From Alphaproteobacteria bacterium (GTDB taxonomy: Bacteria; Pseudomonadota; Alphaproteobacteria; UBA828), in the NCBI GenBank assembly GCA_965237415.1, contig CBDEFM010000002.1, positions 352,001 to 416,000 of the forward strand: 64,000 nt of DNA, written 5' to 3'. The translations under genes and the position numbers were made by a program. Positions 20,015-30,925 of the stretch are shown one piece after another (the stretch's first letter is position 1; every line of letters starts with the position of its first letter). The notes below the pieces were generated by a model. The model was not told the DNA's origin. It made no database searches and saw only the letters and a program-made list of their open reading frames with translations.

Positions 20015-20240
20015 GCGATCAGGGAGCTGCCGCTGCGAGGCGCCCTGCGAGCAGGCGGAAGAAAGCGGCGTCCGGGCAGGCCGAGGCGAAGTGGATGCGG
20101 ACGCGGGCGGCCCTTTCGACGACGCGGGCGCCGATCTTGAGCAGGCCAGCCTGAGGGTGGCGAACTCGGCCCGGGCGAGAGGCGTGGCACGGGGAATGGC
20201 GTCGCGCAGGGCGAGCATCAGCCAGTAGGCGCCGGTGGCC
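20015..20240 (-). pseudogene. IS1380-family transposase C-terminal remnant
   Basis: AYWLMLALRDAIP..AEFATLRL then LKIGARVVERAARIRIHFASACPD (frameshifted). Confidence 0.7.
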
Positions 20241-20349
20241 GGCGCATCGTCGACATGATCGAAACCACGTCCGGTCGGACGGTTCCGGACGAACTCAAGG
20301 CGCCGTTGCTGCGCGGCACGGAAGAACTCGACCTGGTCCAATCCGGCCT

Positions 20350-20525
20350 TGGACTTGACCCGTATCCGTGGACACCTGCTCAGTTGGGAGAAAGGAGTCC
20401 ACGATGTCGATGACGCGCCCACCCTATCCATCCGGTTTCCGGGAACAGATGGTCGGGCTGGTTCGATCGAGCCGCTCACCGGAGGAGCCGGCTCGGGAGT
20501 TCGAGCCGTCCGCTCAGTCGATCCG
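20350..20525 (+). mobile_element. IS3-family left end and OrfA N-terminal remnant
   Basis: TG-starting IR-like end, RBS aggag, MTRPPYPSGFREQMVGLVRSSRSPEEPAREFEPSAQSIR. Confidence 0.7.
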
Positions 20526-20695
20526 TGTGCGGACGTCCCCGGTGATGCAAGCAATTTTTTCGGACAGCTTGGAGCATGTAATAAGGTGCTGCTGTCGTGT
20601 GTCCGACCTCATCACTGCTGCATGTCACGCGCTATTAACGGCGGCCCAATATGCGCCAGTCATGGCCCTTTGTCTGTTGTGGCGAGGGGCGGGGG

Positions 20696-21465
20696 ATGTA
20701 CGGCGTGGAGCTCTATGGGGCGGTAGGGCTGGCGGTGGTCGACGAGGGTTTGAACCTCCGCGAGTCGGCGCGGCAGTTCAGCATCGACCGGCGGACGGTG
20801 AAGAAGATGCAGAGCTATTCGGCGCCACCGGGCTATCGCCGGACGGCGCCGGTTAGGCGGCCGAAGCTAAGGGGCTTCACCGGCATTATCGACGCGTTCC
20901 TGGAGGCGGACCGGAATGAGCTGCGCAAGCAGCGGCACACAGCAAAGCGGATCTTCGAGCGGCTGCGGGACGAGCACGGCTTTGCCGGCGGCTACACCAT
21001 ACAGACCGTGTGAAAACGTCATTGAATTCAGATTTTCGAGTAAGTCTGCTTGATTTCTGAAAAGTGCAGCCTGCTAAGTCATTGATTTCATTAACACTGA
21101 AAATTCAACCATTGGGCTGAAATCACATTTCGAGCGATTCTCCGACGTTTTGACACAGTCTGCATAGTGAAGGACTATGTGCGCAGTCCACGCGCGAGGC
21201 CTTCGTGCCGCTCCTTCACTCGCAGGGTCGTGCCCAGGTCGAAGTCGATGAGGCGGTGGTGGAGGTCCGGGGCCGGCGCGAGAAGGTCGCCTTCTTATGC
21301 GTGATCTTGCACCATTCCGATGTCTGCTTCGTGAAGGCCTATCCGAGGGAGACGGCCGAGGCCTTCCTCGACGGCCATGTCAGCGCCTTCGCCTTTCTCG
21401 GTGGGGTTCCGCGATCGGTTTTGTACGACAACACGACCCTCACGGTGACGCGGATCTTGGGTGTT
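20696..21465 (+). pseudogene. istA: IS21-family transposase IstA, truncated and MITE-interrupted
   Basis: ARQFSIDRRTVKK, KQRHTAKRIFERLRDEHGFAGGYTI|VKDYVR, AQV, YPRETAEAFLDGH..GGVPRSVLYDN. Confidence 0.85.
21002..21162. mobile_element. 161-bp AT-rich MITE (IS1182-like ends)
   Basis: TIRs cagaccgtgtgaaaacgtc / gacgttttgacacagtctg (17/19 match); 4-bp TSD cata; removal restores GGYTIVKDYVR. Confidence 0.85.
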
Positions 21466-21872
21466 GTGCGGCGCGGTGTCGTGACCCCTCAAATTGGAAC
21501 AAGTTCAATTAGTTGCCGAGCCGATCGGTGTCAAACGGGTACGCCGAATAACAGATACCCTCAGATGCCTAATTTGAAGGCCACGCACAGGGCAGCCGAT
21601 CCCAGAATGCAGGAATCCGGTAAGAATACGGGGAAATTTCAAGGCTGTTGGTACCGTGTCAGCCGCGCATTGTCAGTGCTGGCAAACGATCGGCGGAGCA
21701 CTGGGAATTGAAGCGGCGCGCGGGTCTGACGAGCGTTGACATCCGGATCGCGCCCCACCGCTAACGCTACAGCAACGGGATAACTACGGCCGATCGCCCG
21801 AGTCTTGCAGGCCCGGCTTCTACATAGGAAAGGCGCAGCACGGACTGTGAAACGGGGCCGGTGTGTGCCGCG

Positions 21873-22157
21873 CTACGATTTGGCGTGCTCGACGATGATC
21901 CGGCCGCGCCCGCGCCGGAGCAGGTAGCCACCGCGCGGGATCGCCAGCGTGCCCTCCTGGACCAGGGGCCAGAGCGTGTCGACGATCGTCTGCGCGTTGG
22001 TGTCGGTCTCTGCCTTGGCTCCCGCCGATTGCCCGGAAAGCCACGCGGCGAACGCCTGCTCGCCGATCTCTTCGCCCACGGACTTGCGCAGTGCATTGAG
22101 CTTGCGGCGCTGTCCCTTCGTCAGGGTGGTCTCATCGATCCGGGATGTGTCTGCCAT
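21873..22157 (-). CDS. Hypothetical 94-aa protein, paralog of 27485-27760
   Basis: RBS ggagagg; 69 identical positions with the second copy by manual alignment. Confidence 0.85.
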   Translation of the reverse strand: MADTSRIDETTLTKGQRRKLNALRKSVGEEIGEQAFAAWLSGQSAGAKAETDTNAQTIVDTLWPLVQEGTLAIPRGGYLLRRGRGRIIVEHAKS

Positions 22158-22562
22158 GGACTTGCCTCTCCAGTGCGTCTTGCGTGGCCGGGTCGTCGGC
22201 TCGGGGCCTTATAGCAGACAGTTTGCAGATTGAGAGCAGCGCCGCGCGCGAAGCGTGCTGCAGAGATGCAATCCGTGAGAATTGAAGCGCTTCGGCGGAG
22301 GGATCCGGCGCAGAGCCGTCGGTCCGGCGATCTTCTGGAGCTTCCTGGAATGGCAGGAGGGGGCGCTTGGCGGCCGCTTCCGGATGTAGAGGACGGCTGA
22401 GTGCAGGCGTGACAATATTCCGGTTGAGCATGAAATATCCCGATTAGGGTATTTAGTTTCTGCTATTTGTGTCGCTGGTCGAGTCCGCCGACCACGCGGC
22501 GGAGGGCGGTTCCGCCACATGAGGCGGGACCATGACGGGAAACGGGCGAGACAAGGTCGGCG

Positions 22563-23291
22563 GTGCCGGCGCCCGGGCGGGCGGGCCGGGCCGCGAGGCA
22601 TGTCGTCGTCGAATCGCCGGCCAAGGCGCGCACGATCGGCAAGTGTCTGGGCGCCGGATACCGGGCGATCGCGACCCGGAGACATGTGCGCGACCGGCCG
22701 GCGAAGGTGGGCTCGGTGAAGCCCGACGACGGCTTCGCGATGATCTACGAGACCGGCAGGGGCGCCGCGCGGACCCTGGGCGCGTTGGCCCTCTGTCCGG
22801 TGCCGGCGGCCGCGGAGGGGATGCCGGATGCCGAGGCGGATTGCGCCCCCGAGGTCGAGCAGGCGCTTGTAGAGGGGGCGCGGATCGGCGTCGAGCGGGA
22901 CGCGGCGGTGGTGCGCCATCCCGACCAGGGCATCCGCGATCCCGATTCGATCCTCGACTTCTCGTGTCTCGACGACCTCTTCGACTTCCGCCGCTTCGAC
23001 ACCCTGTTCGATCCGGGACGCAGCTTGGCAGACCTGCTGGGGCTGGTGCAGCGGCGCATCAGCGCCGCGGCGCCGGAGGCCTACCGCTCCTATATCGGCC
23101 GCCCGCTGGACGATGCCGTCTACACGGCCCGTACTGTCCTCCTCCCCGGGCTCGACCCGGTGGGGACGATCGAGAGAGCGGTGCGCGGGGGGAGCGCGGA
23201 GCAGGTCCGAAGCGTCGTCGGAGATCCGGAACTCGCGGACCGCGACTGGCTTGCCCGTCCCCTTACCGACCGAACGGCTGCCATCGTCTGA
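22563..23291 (+). pseudogene. topA: Chimeric ORF: type IA topoisomerase Toprim remnant fused to an unknown protein fragment
   Basis: VVVESPAKARTIGKCLGAGY..HVRD..SVKPDDGFAMIYE (about 22599-22780); the rest is unrelated to TopA. Confidence 0.7.
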
Positions 23292-23629
23292 GCTGGGGAT
23301 TGAGTAACCGTTCGGCCAGGCCGAGATGGCCAGGATCTGCGGAGTCAGTGAACGGCCGCTGTGGTAGGAAACAGGTCGGTTGGGCGCTTCGGGCCACCCG
23401 CCGGCCGAACGATTCCACGGCTTGGTCGAACGGTTACGGGATTGATATGACAAGGGCACGCAGGCATTTGATTGAATCCTCTTGCGCTTTGATTACAGGG
23501 CTGTGGCATAACAATTTGCGAGATTGGGGAAAAAGAGAAATATGGCGCCAGAACAGCGAGTTATAAGTTGTCTAGGGGCGGACTACTGAGTGTGGTGTCA
23601 GAAATGGTGAGAATTGCGGGTTAGGATCG

Positions 23630-23743
23630 CGCGACGGCGCCACTCCGCCATCGGATATCTGTCAGCCATCGATTACGAACGGAGCCAGCGGCCCCCCCCC
23701 GGTCGCCCAAACCCGTAACTGTCCAAGAAACCCGGGCAACTAC
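23630..23743 (+). mobile_element. IS3-family right end remnant
   Basis: RRHSAIGYLSAIDYE followed by IR-like tgtccaagaaacccgggcaactaca ending in CA. Confidence 0.7.
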
Positions 23744-23791
23744 AGCGCCTCGTCATGCACAGATAGTGGTGAGCCTCGGGGAGGCGCCCAT

Positions 23792-24256
23792 TCAGGTGCT
23801 CTTGCCCGCACCCTCGCGCTTCGCACGGCGCGCGGTGAGCCAGCCGTCGACTGACCAGCGGTCGAGATCGCGCAGCAGGTAGAGCGCGAGGAAGCCTGCC
23901 CAGGCGGCGAGCGCGACGGTCTGGTTGCGGTGGGCCGGAAAGCCCTTCTCGATGACGAATGGAGTGACCAGATCGCCGATGACGACCGCGACGGTGATCG
24001 TGTGGATGAGGAGCCCGGCGGCATAGCTCGCCCGGCGCCACAGGCCAAGGATGATCGCGATCGCGACGACGGTCTGGCCGGCACCCATGTAATAGGGGAG
24101 CGAGGCTGCGAGATCGAAGCCGTGGAAATAGGCGTAGAGCTTGACGTAATGCCCCGGCGCCAGGAACTTCGTCACGCCCCAGACGAGCAGGAACCAACCC
24201 AGGCCGAGACGCAGCACAAGCACGGCAAGCGCCCCACGCGCAGCCGGGGTTTGCAT
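23792..24256 (-). CDS. DoxX-family membrane protein
   Basis: LVLRLGLGWFLLVWGVTKF, ILGLWRR, WSVD; about four TM segments. Confidence 0.75.
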   Translation of the reverse strand: MQTPAARGALAVLVLRLGLGWFLLVWGVTKFLAPGHYVKLYAYFHGFDLAASLPYYMGAGQTVVAIAIILGLWRRASYAAGLLIHTITVAVVIGDLVTPFVIEKGFPAHRNQTVALAAWAGFLALYLLRDLDRWSVDGWLTARRAKREGAGKST

Positions 24257-25042
24257 CCTCGCGACAAAGCTGCGTGCACGCGACACGGCGACCGGCCCCC
24301 ACCGAGTAGTCAAGCTTGAACGTTAGTTCATGTTCAATCTTGTCTCCAGTGGGGGCGTGACCGTGCTGTCGAATGCGTTCCGGCCTGCCGTGGGGAGCGT
24401 CAGGGTCATGCGGCGCCTCGCCGGGGATGATGCATCGCGCTGATCGGCGAGCTGCCTGCGTCGCCGAGGTGGGGCTTGTGGCCCGTGGCGGCAAGAGCGG
24501 CCAGCGTCTCCGGTCGTGCGTCCGGGACCAGGACGACCCGCCAATCGATTCCGACCGGGAAACTCCTACGACGAGCCCTGCGAATTCGCCTTCGCCTATC
24601 ACGGAACACCCAGCCTGCATAAGAGCGGCTACGTTGACCACAAGGACGATATTCCGATCGAGACTGTGCCGGTTGCTGGCACGATGAAACTCGATCACGT
24701 GGTGGACAATAGCCCGCTCCACGAAGAGGGACGCGAAACCTGATTTTTGGGGCGTTGGTTTCGCGTGGCTTGTCGTAATCCGGCACGGTCTACCCGATCC
24801 CCTTCCAAGGCAAGTAGCCGCTCTCCGGTGGCCACGGAGAGCGACGCGGGTTGCGTGACGCACCCTCCCGTGGGATCAGAAGCGGGATGGGCAGGGACTC
24901 CGCGGCCGGCGCCAATGCGGCGCGGGAGGCAGACCGAGGGGCCGCGCGCGACGGATAGGCCGATGCCGCCGGATGCCTGCGCGGGTCACGAGCCCAAATC
25001 ACCGTAGAAGACACCCGACAGAGACGCAGGGAGCACCGATCG

Positions 25043-26002
25043 ATGGAGTACGGTTTCAACGTTCCGGTTTCCGGACCGCTGGCGACCCCCGCCGACATCA
25101 CCACGATCGCCCAGCGGGGCGAGCAGCTGGGCTATCGCCTGCTCGCGATCCCGGATCATATCGTCGTGCCGAAGACGATCGGCTCGCGCTACCCCTATTC
25201 GAAGTCGGGCGAGTTCGAGGTCGACGCCAGGGCCGGCGATCATCTGGAGCCGCTGGCGCTGATGGCGCACCTCGCCGGCATCATCACCGAGGCGCGGCTT
25301 CTCACCTCGGTGATGGTGGTGCCCTATCGCCACCCGGTTCTCACGGCGAAACTGGTTTCGACCATCGACCTGCTCTCGCGCGGGCGGGTCGTGCTCGGCG
25401 TGGGCGCGGGCTGGATGGCGGAAGAGTTCCCGCCGGTCGGCGCGCCGGCCTTCGCGGACAGGGGGCGTGCGACGGACGAGTATCTGCGGATCTACAAGAC
25501 ACTGTGGACCGAAGACGACCCGTCATTCGCGGGCGAGTTCGCTTCGTTCAACGACATCATGTTCGAGCCGAAGCCGGTTCAGAAGCCGCATCCCCCCATC
25601 TGGATCGGTGGCGAGAGCCGGCCGGCGAAGCGGCGCGCGGCCCGCTACGGCGACGCCTGGTACCCGATCGGCTGCAACCCGCGGCATCCGCTCGACACGC
25701 TCGAGCGCTTCTCGGCCTCGCTCGGCGAGCTACGCGCCATGGCGGAGGCCGAGGGCCGCGATCCGGCGTCGATCGATGTCGCCTATTGGGCCGTCTGGTA
25801 CGGAGGCGGCGCGCAGCAGACCGATACCGGCGAGCGCATGCTGCTCTCGGGATCGGCCGACGATATCGCGGGCGATATCGGCGCCCTGGCCGTGCTCGGT
25901 GTGCGCCACGTGGTGCTGCAGTTCCTGCGCCCGACACTCGGCGAATCCCTTGACCTCATGACCCGGTTCGCCGAGGAGGTGATCCCGAAGGTCGACGCAT
26001 AG
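25043..26002 (+). CDS. LLM-class (luciferase-like, F420-dependent type) oxidoreductase
   Basis: PDHIVVP, LEPL, PYRHPVLTAK..DLLSRGRVVLGVGAGW..EEF, PKPVQKPHPPIWIGG. Confidence 0.9.
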   Translation: MEYGFNVPVSGPLATPADITTIAQRGEQLGYRLLAIPDHIVVPKTIGSRYPYSKSGEFEVDARAGDHLEPLALMAHLAGIITEARLLTSVMVVPYRHPVLTAKLVSTIDLLSRGRVVLGVGAGWMAEEFPPVGAPAFADRGRATDEYLRIYKTLWTEDDPSFAGEFASFNDIMFEPKPVQKPHPPIWIGGESRPAKRRAARYGDAWYPIGCNPRHPLDTLERFSASLGELRAMAEAEGRDPASIDVAYWAVWYGGGAQQTDTGERMLLSGSADDIAGDIGALAVLGVRHVVLQFLRPTLGESLDLMTRFAEEVIPKVDA

Positions 26003-26452
26003 CGGTTCCCCGTCGCTCTCGGCAACGAACCGCAGGAGCCCCCGATCGCCCGAGGCCCACGAGTTCACCGCGCATGCGCGGCTCGCCGCCGCCGTCCGCA
26101 AGGCGGTTCGCGGTGCGGTGAGTGTGAACGCCGGAACGGCGGGAGCAAGCGCGCCCGTCTCAAGGCCTCAGCCTCGAACGCCTGGAGCCGGGCGATGGTG
26201 TCGTCGAAATCGGCCCGGCCATGCAGGAAATTCTCGGCCCGCGCGCGCTCCAAAATCCGACACTGTTATCCGTGTCCGCTTGATATCGGTGCCGAAACAG
26301 TGTATGGAGTCGCCAGTTTGCGAGGTCGTCGTCGCTCTCGTGATTGACCGTTTCGGCGGTTGGCCAAGATACTTCCACGACATTGTGAACAAGATCCAGG
26401 AGCGCCCGCACCGAGCGGCGCGACGCCCACACGTCGTGAAAGGACACGATCA

Positions 26453-26662
26453 ATGGCTCAAGGTACCGTGAAATGGTTCAATTCGGTCAAGGGTTACGGT
26501 TTCATCACACCCGAGGACGGTTCACAGGATGCATTCGTGCACATCAGCGCCGTTGAGCGCGCTGGCCTGACCGGCCTCAACGAAGGACAGCGGGTTTCCT
26601 TCGAATTGGTTCCGGGTCGAGATGGAAAGAAATCCGCGGAAAACTTGTCTATCGCCGACTAG
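26453..26662 (+). CDS. cspA: Cold-shock protein
   Basis: GTVKWFN..KGYGFI (RNP1), FVHISA (RNP2). Confidence 0.95.
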   Translation: MAQGTVKWFNSVKGYGFITPEDGSQDAFVHISAVERAGLTGLNEGQRVSFELVPGRDGKKSAENLSIAD

Positions 26663-26675
26663 ATATCAGGGCGAG

Positions 26676-26701
26676 GGGGGCGGTTGGCGACCGCCCTCTT
26701 T
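26676..26701 (+). terminator. Probable terminator after csp
   Basis: gggcggt / accgccc stem followed by tcttt. Confidence 0.6.
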
Positions 26702-26955
26702 CGCACTCGCACGCTTGCCGCGAGCTCTACGGAACAGATCACCCTCGGTTCGGTGGTTCGCAGGCGCCGCAATCCCTGAGGTCGCCCCGCCTATTCGGAC
26801 AATCTGGCGGCTTGATTAACGTGTATTATGGTTGTCGTTCATGCGGCTAGAATCGCTTTGAACCGATCTCCTCGCCACTGATCTTGGATCTCGGGATATG
26901 ACGGACAAGAGGATATGGCGATGTCGGCATCTACTCGAAGCCTGAGCCCGATCGG

Positions 26956-27375
26956 GTGGGGACCGCGCTTGGAGAGTCACGGTTCGACATCGAGGGCCAA
27001 CCAAGTGCTGCCCACTTCCGGGCAAACCGCGGGCGGTTCGCGGTTGTAAACAGTTACTTCCCCAAGGGGAGCGGAAAGGACCGGGACGTTGGACCGGGTG
27101 CAGCAGCTGCGACGCCGGTGCTCGTGACCGGAGATTGCAACACGGCGCACAGCGAGATTGACATCGCTCGCCCGAAATCCAATATCGGGAACAGTGGGTT
27201 CTTCCCCGAGGTGCGGGCCGAGCTGGGCCGTTGGCTTGGGGCCGGCTGGGTGGACACCTTTCGCGCTCCGCATGCGGACGAGCCCGACCATTACACCTGG
27301 TGTCGGCAATAGGGCGACACGCGAGAACGGAATGTCGGGTGGCGGGTCGACTACGTCCCCGCGTCGCCGGCTGGG
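26956..27375 (+). pseudogene. xth: Exodeoxyribonuclease III remnant
   Basis: DIEG, NSYFPKG, GDCNTAH..DIARP, SGF.PE.R, WVDTFR, YTW, stop, NVGWRVDY; lacks the N-terminus and has an internal deletion. Confidence 0.8.
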
Positions 27376-27484
27376 TGACAGCATCGGCGCGGTTCTTCTA
27401 GGCGACAAAGCCGGTAACGGCACCAATCGGGCGAGACTGCAATCACGCCGTCGGCGTACCAACCATCCAACGGAGTAGGTTCAT

Positions 27485-27760
27485 ATGTCCCCAACCCAGA
27501 TCGACGAGAACTCACTCACCAAGGGGCAAAGCCGGAAGCTCGACGCGCTGCGCAAGTCTGTCGGCAACGAGATCGGCGAGCAGGCGTTCGTCGCGTGGCT
27601 TACATCGCAGTCGGCGGCGGTGAAGGCGGACGCGAACGCGGCCCTGATCGTCGACACGCTCTGGCCGCTCGTGCAGCAAGGCACGCTGGCGATCCCGCGG
27701 GGCGGCTATCTGGTCAGACGCGGCCGCGGGCGGATCGTCGTCGAGCCGGCGAAGCGGTAG
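27485..27760 (+). CDS. Hypothetical 91-aa protein, paralog of 21873-22157
   Basis: RBS ggagtagg; intact ORF; ends 4 bp before the rpoD-like start. Confidence 0.85.
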   Translation: MSPTQIDENSLTKGQSRKLDALRKSVGNEIGEQAFVAWLTSQSAAVKADANAALIVDTLWPLVQQGTLAIPRGGYLVRRGRGRIVVEPAKR

Positions 27761-27764
27761 GGCC

Positions 27765-29723
27765 ATGAGGGGATCGGACTTGGTGCGGGCGAAGCCGGTC
27801 GAGCGGAGCAGGACAACCGAGGGAGACGAGGAGACGGCCGACGGGCCGGTCCTCGATCTCCCGGCCGCACCGGTTACCGAGATGCTCGCGCGCGGCCGGG
27901 AGCGCGGCTACGTCACCCATGACGAGCTGAATAGAGCCCTGCCGCCCGGCGAGACCAGCGCCGATCGGATCGAGGATGCGAAGACGGTGCTGTCCGAGCT
28001 GGGCATCGCCGTCACCGAGGGCGAGGAAGCGGAGGCCGACGCCGCGGACGGACGTCCTGAAGCGGCTCCGGCCGCCACTGCGTCCAGGATCGGCGAAGAC
28101 GATATCGGGCTCCCCAGCGATCCGGTGGGGATGTACCTGCGGGAGATGGGAAGCACGACGCTTCTCACCCGGGAGGGCGAGGTTGCGCTCGCCAAGCGCA
28201 TCGAAGCGGGGCGGCGGATCATGCTCGACGGTCTCCGCGAGAGCCCGCTGACCATGCGAGCCGTGATCGCATGGCGCGACGCGATCCGTGAGGGCTCGAT
28301 GGCGCTGCGCGAGGCGATCGACATCGATGCCACCCACGGCAGCGGCCCGGCGGCGGCGGACGACGAGAGCGACGGCCCTGGACGTCGGAATGGCCGCGCA
28401 GACTCGCGACCGTCGAAAAGCGCCAACGAAAGCGACGATGAAGCCGACGAGGAGAAGCCGCTGCTCTCGACCATGGAGGCGGCAGTCCTTCCTCGTGTCA
28501 TGGAGACCCTCGAAGCGATTGCGGTGGCCCATGGGAAGCTCCAGCGTCTCCAGGAACAGCGCATCGAGCTGGCCCGCAAGAACCGGACGCTGACGGCGTG
28601 GCAGACCAGACGCTGCCGGGAGTTGAAGCACGATCTCGCGGTGTCGATGCAACGCCTTCAGTTCACCGATGCCCGCATCGAAACGCTCGTGGACGAGCTC
28701 CGCAACCTGAACCGCCGCCTGGGCCGCTGCGAAGGCGCGCTTTTGCGTCTGGCCGCCGATTGCGGCGTCGCGCGGGACGCGTTCCTCACGCACCATGAGG
28801 GCCGCGAGCTGGAGTCGGCCTGGCTGTCGCGGGTCGGCCGGCTGCGCGGCGAAGGATGGGAGACTCTCGCCGCGGAGAAGCGCCTTGAGGTCGTCGCGTT
28901 ACGCGGAGACATCCTGGTCTTGGCCCGAGACACCGGCCTGGAGCCGGCTGAGCTCAAGCGGATCGCCGCCACCGTTCTGAGGGGCCAGCGGGAGGCGAGC
29001 CAGGCCAAGGAGGAGATGGTCGAGGCCAACCTGCGGCTCGTTGTCTCGATCGCCAAGAGGTACCGGAACCGGGGCCTCAAGTTCCTGGACCTGATCCAGG
29101 AGGGCAATGTCGGGCTGATGAAGGGCGTGGACAAGTTCGACTATCGCCGGGGCTTCAAGTTCTCGACCTATGCGACCTGGTGGATCCGCCAGTCGATCAC
29201 CCGCGCGATTGCCGACACGGCGCCGACGATCCGCGTTCCGGTGCACATGGTCGAGACGACCACCAGGCTGAGGCGGCTGTCCTGGCAGATGGGGCAGGAG
29301 CTCGGGCGCGAGCCGACCCAGGAGGAGCTTTCGGAGCGCCTCCACGTGCCGCTCGACAAGGTGCGCCAGACGATGAAGGTTGCGAAGGAGCCGATCAGCC
29401 TGGAGACACCGATCGGCGAGGAGGAGGGCGGCCATCTCGGCGACCTGATCGAGGACGAAGACGCGGTCCAGCCTCTGGACGCTGCGATCCAGTCCGATCT
29501 GCGCGATGCCGTGAGCCGTGCTCTGGAGAGCCTGACACCGCGGGAGGAGCGCATCCTGCGCATGCGCTTCGGTATCGGCACGAAAACCGACCACACGCTC
29601 CAGGAGGTCGGCCAGGTATTCTCGGTCACGCGCGAGCGCATCCGCCAAATCGAGGCCAAGGCTCTTCGGAAGCTGAAGCACCCGTCCCGCGCACGCGAGC
29701 TGCGTACCTTCCTGGAAAAGTAG
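27765..29723 (+). CDS. rpoD: RpoD-like group 1 sigma70 factor (divergent paralog)
   Basis: Region 1.1 [10 protein letters not shown], 1.2 [11 protein letters not shown], full NCR, 2 [30 protein letters not shown], 4.2 [22 protein letters not shown]. Confidence 0.92.
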   Translation: MRGSDLVRAKPVERSRTTEGDEETADGPVLDLPAAPVTEMLARGRERGYVTHDELNRALPPGETSADRIEDAKTVLSELGIAVTEGEEAEADAADGRPEAAPAATASRIGEDDIGLPSDPVGMYLREMGSTTLLTREGEVALAKRIEAGRRIMLDGLRESPLTMRAVIAWRDAIREGSMALREAIDIDATHGSGPAAADDESDGPGRRNGRADSRPSKSANESDDEADEEKPLLSTMEAAVLPRVMETLEAIAVAHGKLQRLQEQRIELARKNRTLTAWQTRRCRELKHDLAVSMQRLQFTDARIETLVDELRNLNRRLGRCEGALLRLAADCGVARDAFLTHHEGRELESAWLSRVGRLRGEGWETLAAEKRLEVVALRGDILVLARDTGLEPAELKRIAATVLRGQREASQAKEEMVEANLRLVVSIAKRYRNRGLKFLDLIQEGNVGLMKGVDKFDYRRGFKFSTYATWWIRQSITRAIADTAPTIRVPVHMVETTTRLRRLSWQMGQELGREPTQEELSERLHVPLDKVRQTMKVAKEPISLETPIGEEEGGHLGDLIEDEDAVQPLDAAIQSDLRDAVSRALESLTPREERILRMRFGIGTKTDHTLQEVGQVFSVTRERIRQIEAKALRKLKHPSRARELRTFLEK

Positions 29724-30925
29724 GGGCGCCGCGCGCGCGGCCAACTGCGCCCGCCGCCCTCGCAGCATCGACCCTGCCGCTCTTCGTTGGCGGTCGCGAT
29801 ATTGTGCCGTGTACTTGCCAGACGGCGGGAGAGACGGGGCGTCGGCGCTTCCATGACCGGTTGGCCGGCGCCGCGGCCGGCAACGGATGTGGGCGGCGTT
29901 CCGAACGGACGGCATCGCGCACCGGATCGACTTGGGGAGACGAAGGCGATGGACGTGACCGCCGTCCGGCAGGACGACATCTTGTCCGCGGCGCCGTCCT
30001 GCCTGTCGGGCGAACAGTCGGTGAAGCACGATCGAGAAGCGCGGCTGCCGGCGGGCAAAACGGGCACGCGTGGTTCCTCCGACCCCGGTGGCGGAGACCG
30101 TGCTCGCGAGTTGTCTGTGGGTCGGCGCTTGGGGTGGGCGCAGATCGGCACAGTACGTATTTGATCTTCCTTCAATATGCGGGGGCAGAGTTCCACGCCG
30201 AATCACACGTGTCGTGCGGCCCCGTGACATAGTCGCGCCCGGCCATTTCGAGGCGGCGGGCATATGCTAAGATGACCTGCTACTTCGTCCGTCCCGGTTA
30301 TATGACGGTTGGCGCTCGAAAGGGCACGGTCGCACCGGAACATGGAAGGGCATGTCTCAGAGCCAATCGCGACGGAGACACTGTAAGCCTTCCCTCGTCT
30401 GGTGACGACGTCGCCGCAGCCAACGGCGATTCCGTGTTCTGCCCCACCGCGATAGACTCACCTAGACGCTTTCGCTATCGCTGTCATCGCACGACGGACC
30501 GGTCACACGGAATCCGTCCCTCGTACAACGGCTGAAGTTCTCGACGGTCAGGGGCGGGCATGCATTGGAATTGCGGCGCTTGCGGACTGCTTTCGGTGAG
30601 TTTGTGAGCTGCCTGCCGCCGGGAGCATGGGATGGAAAAATGTTACTTGGCGCCAAAAGGTTGGTCGAATCGCTTCCAAGCGCGGGGGCATGGCCACCAC
30701 GAGTAGCGCGAAGACATTTGCCAACTCTGTCCCGAGCCTCGAATCTCCCACATCGTACACTCTCTGAGGACGGGAAAATCAAAACCGCCCACAAGCATCT
30801 CCGTGGAGCCTATCCACATTTCCGTGCCGGCGGGCCGGGTACGGGAAGGTCCCGGATGTGGTTCGACGCGCGCTTCTCGCGGCTGGCGTTTGCCCGCGCT
30901 GGGTGGAGCGTGTGGACCCACCGGG

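Noticed and set aside
24516-24743. Possible cupin C-terminal remnant (NSYDEPCEFAFAYHG)
   Set aside because: Too short, with no start or metal-binding motif; cannot be supported without a search
29724-30925. 1.2-kb gap after rpoD as a possible ncRNA or small gene
   Set aside because: No convincing ORF, repeat or recognisable RNA motif was found by eye; an Rfam search would be needed
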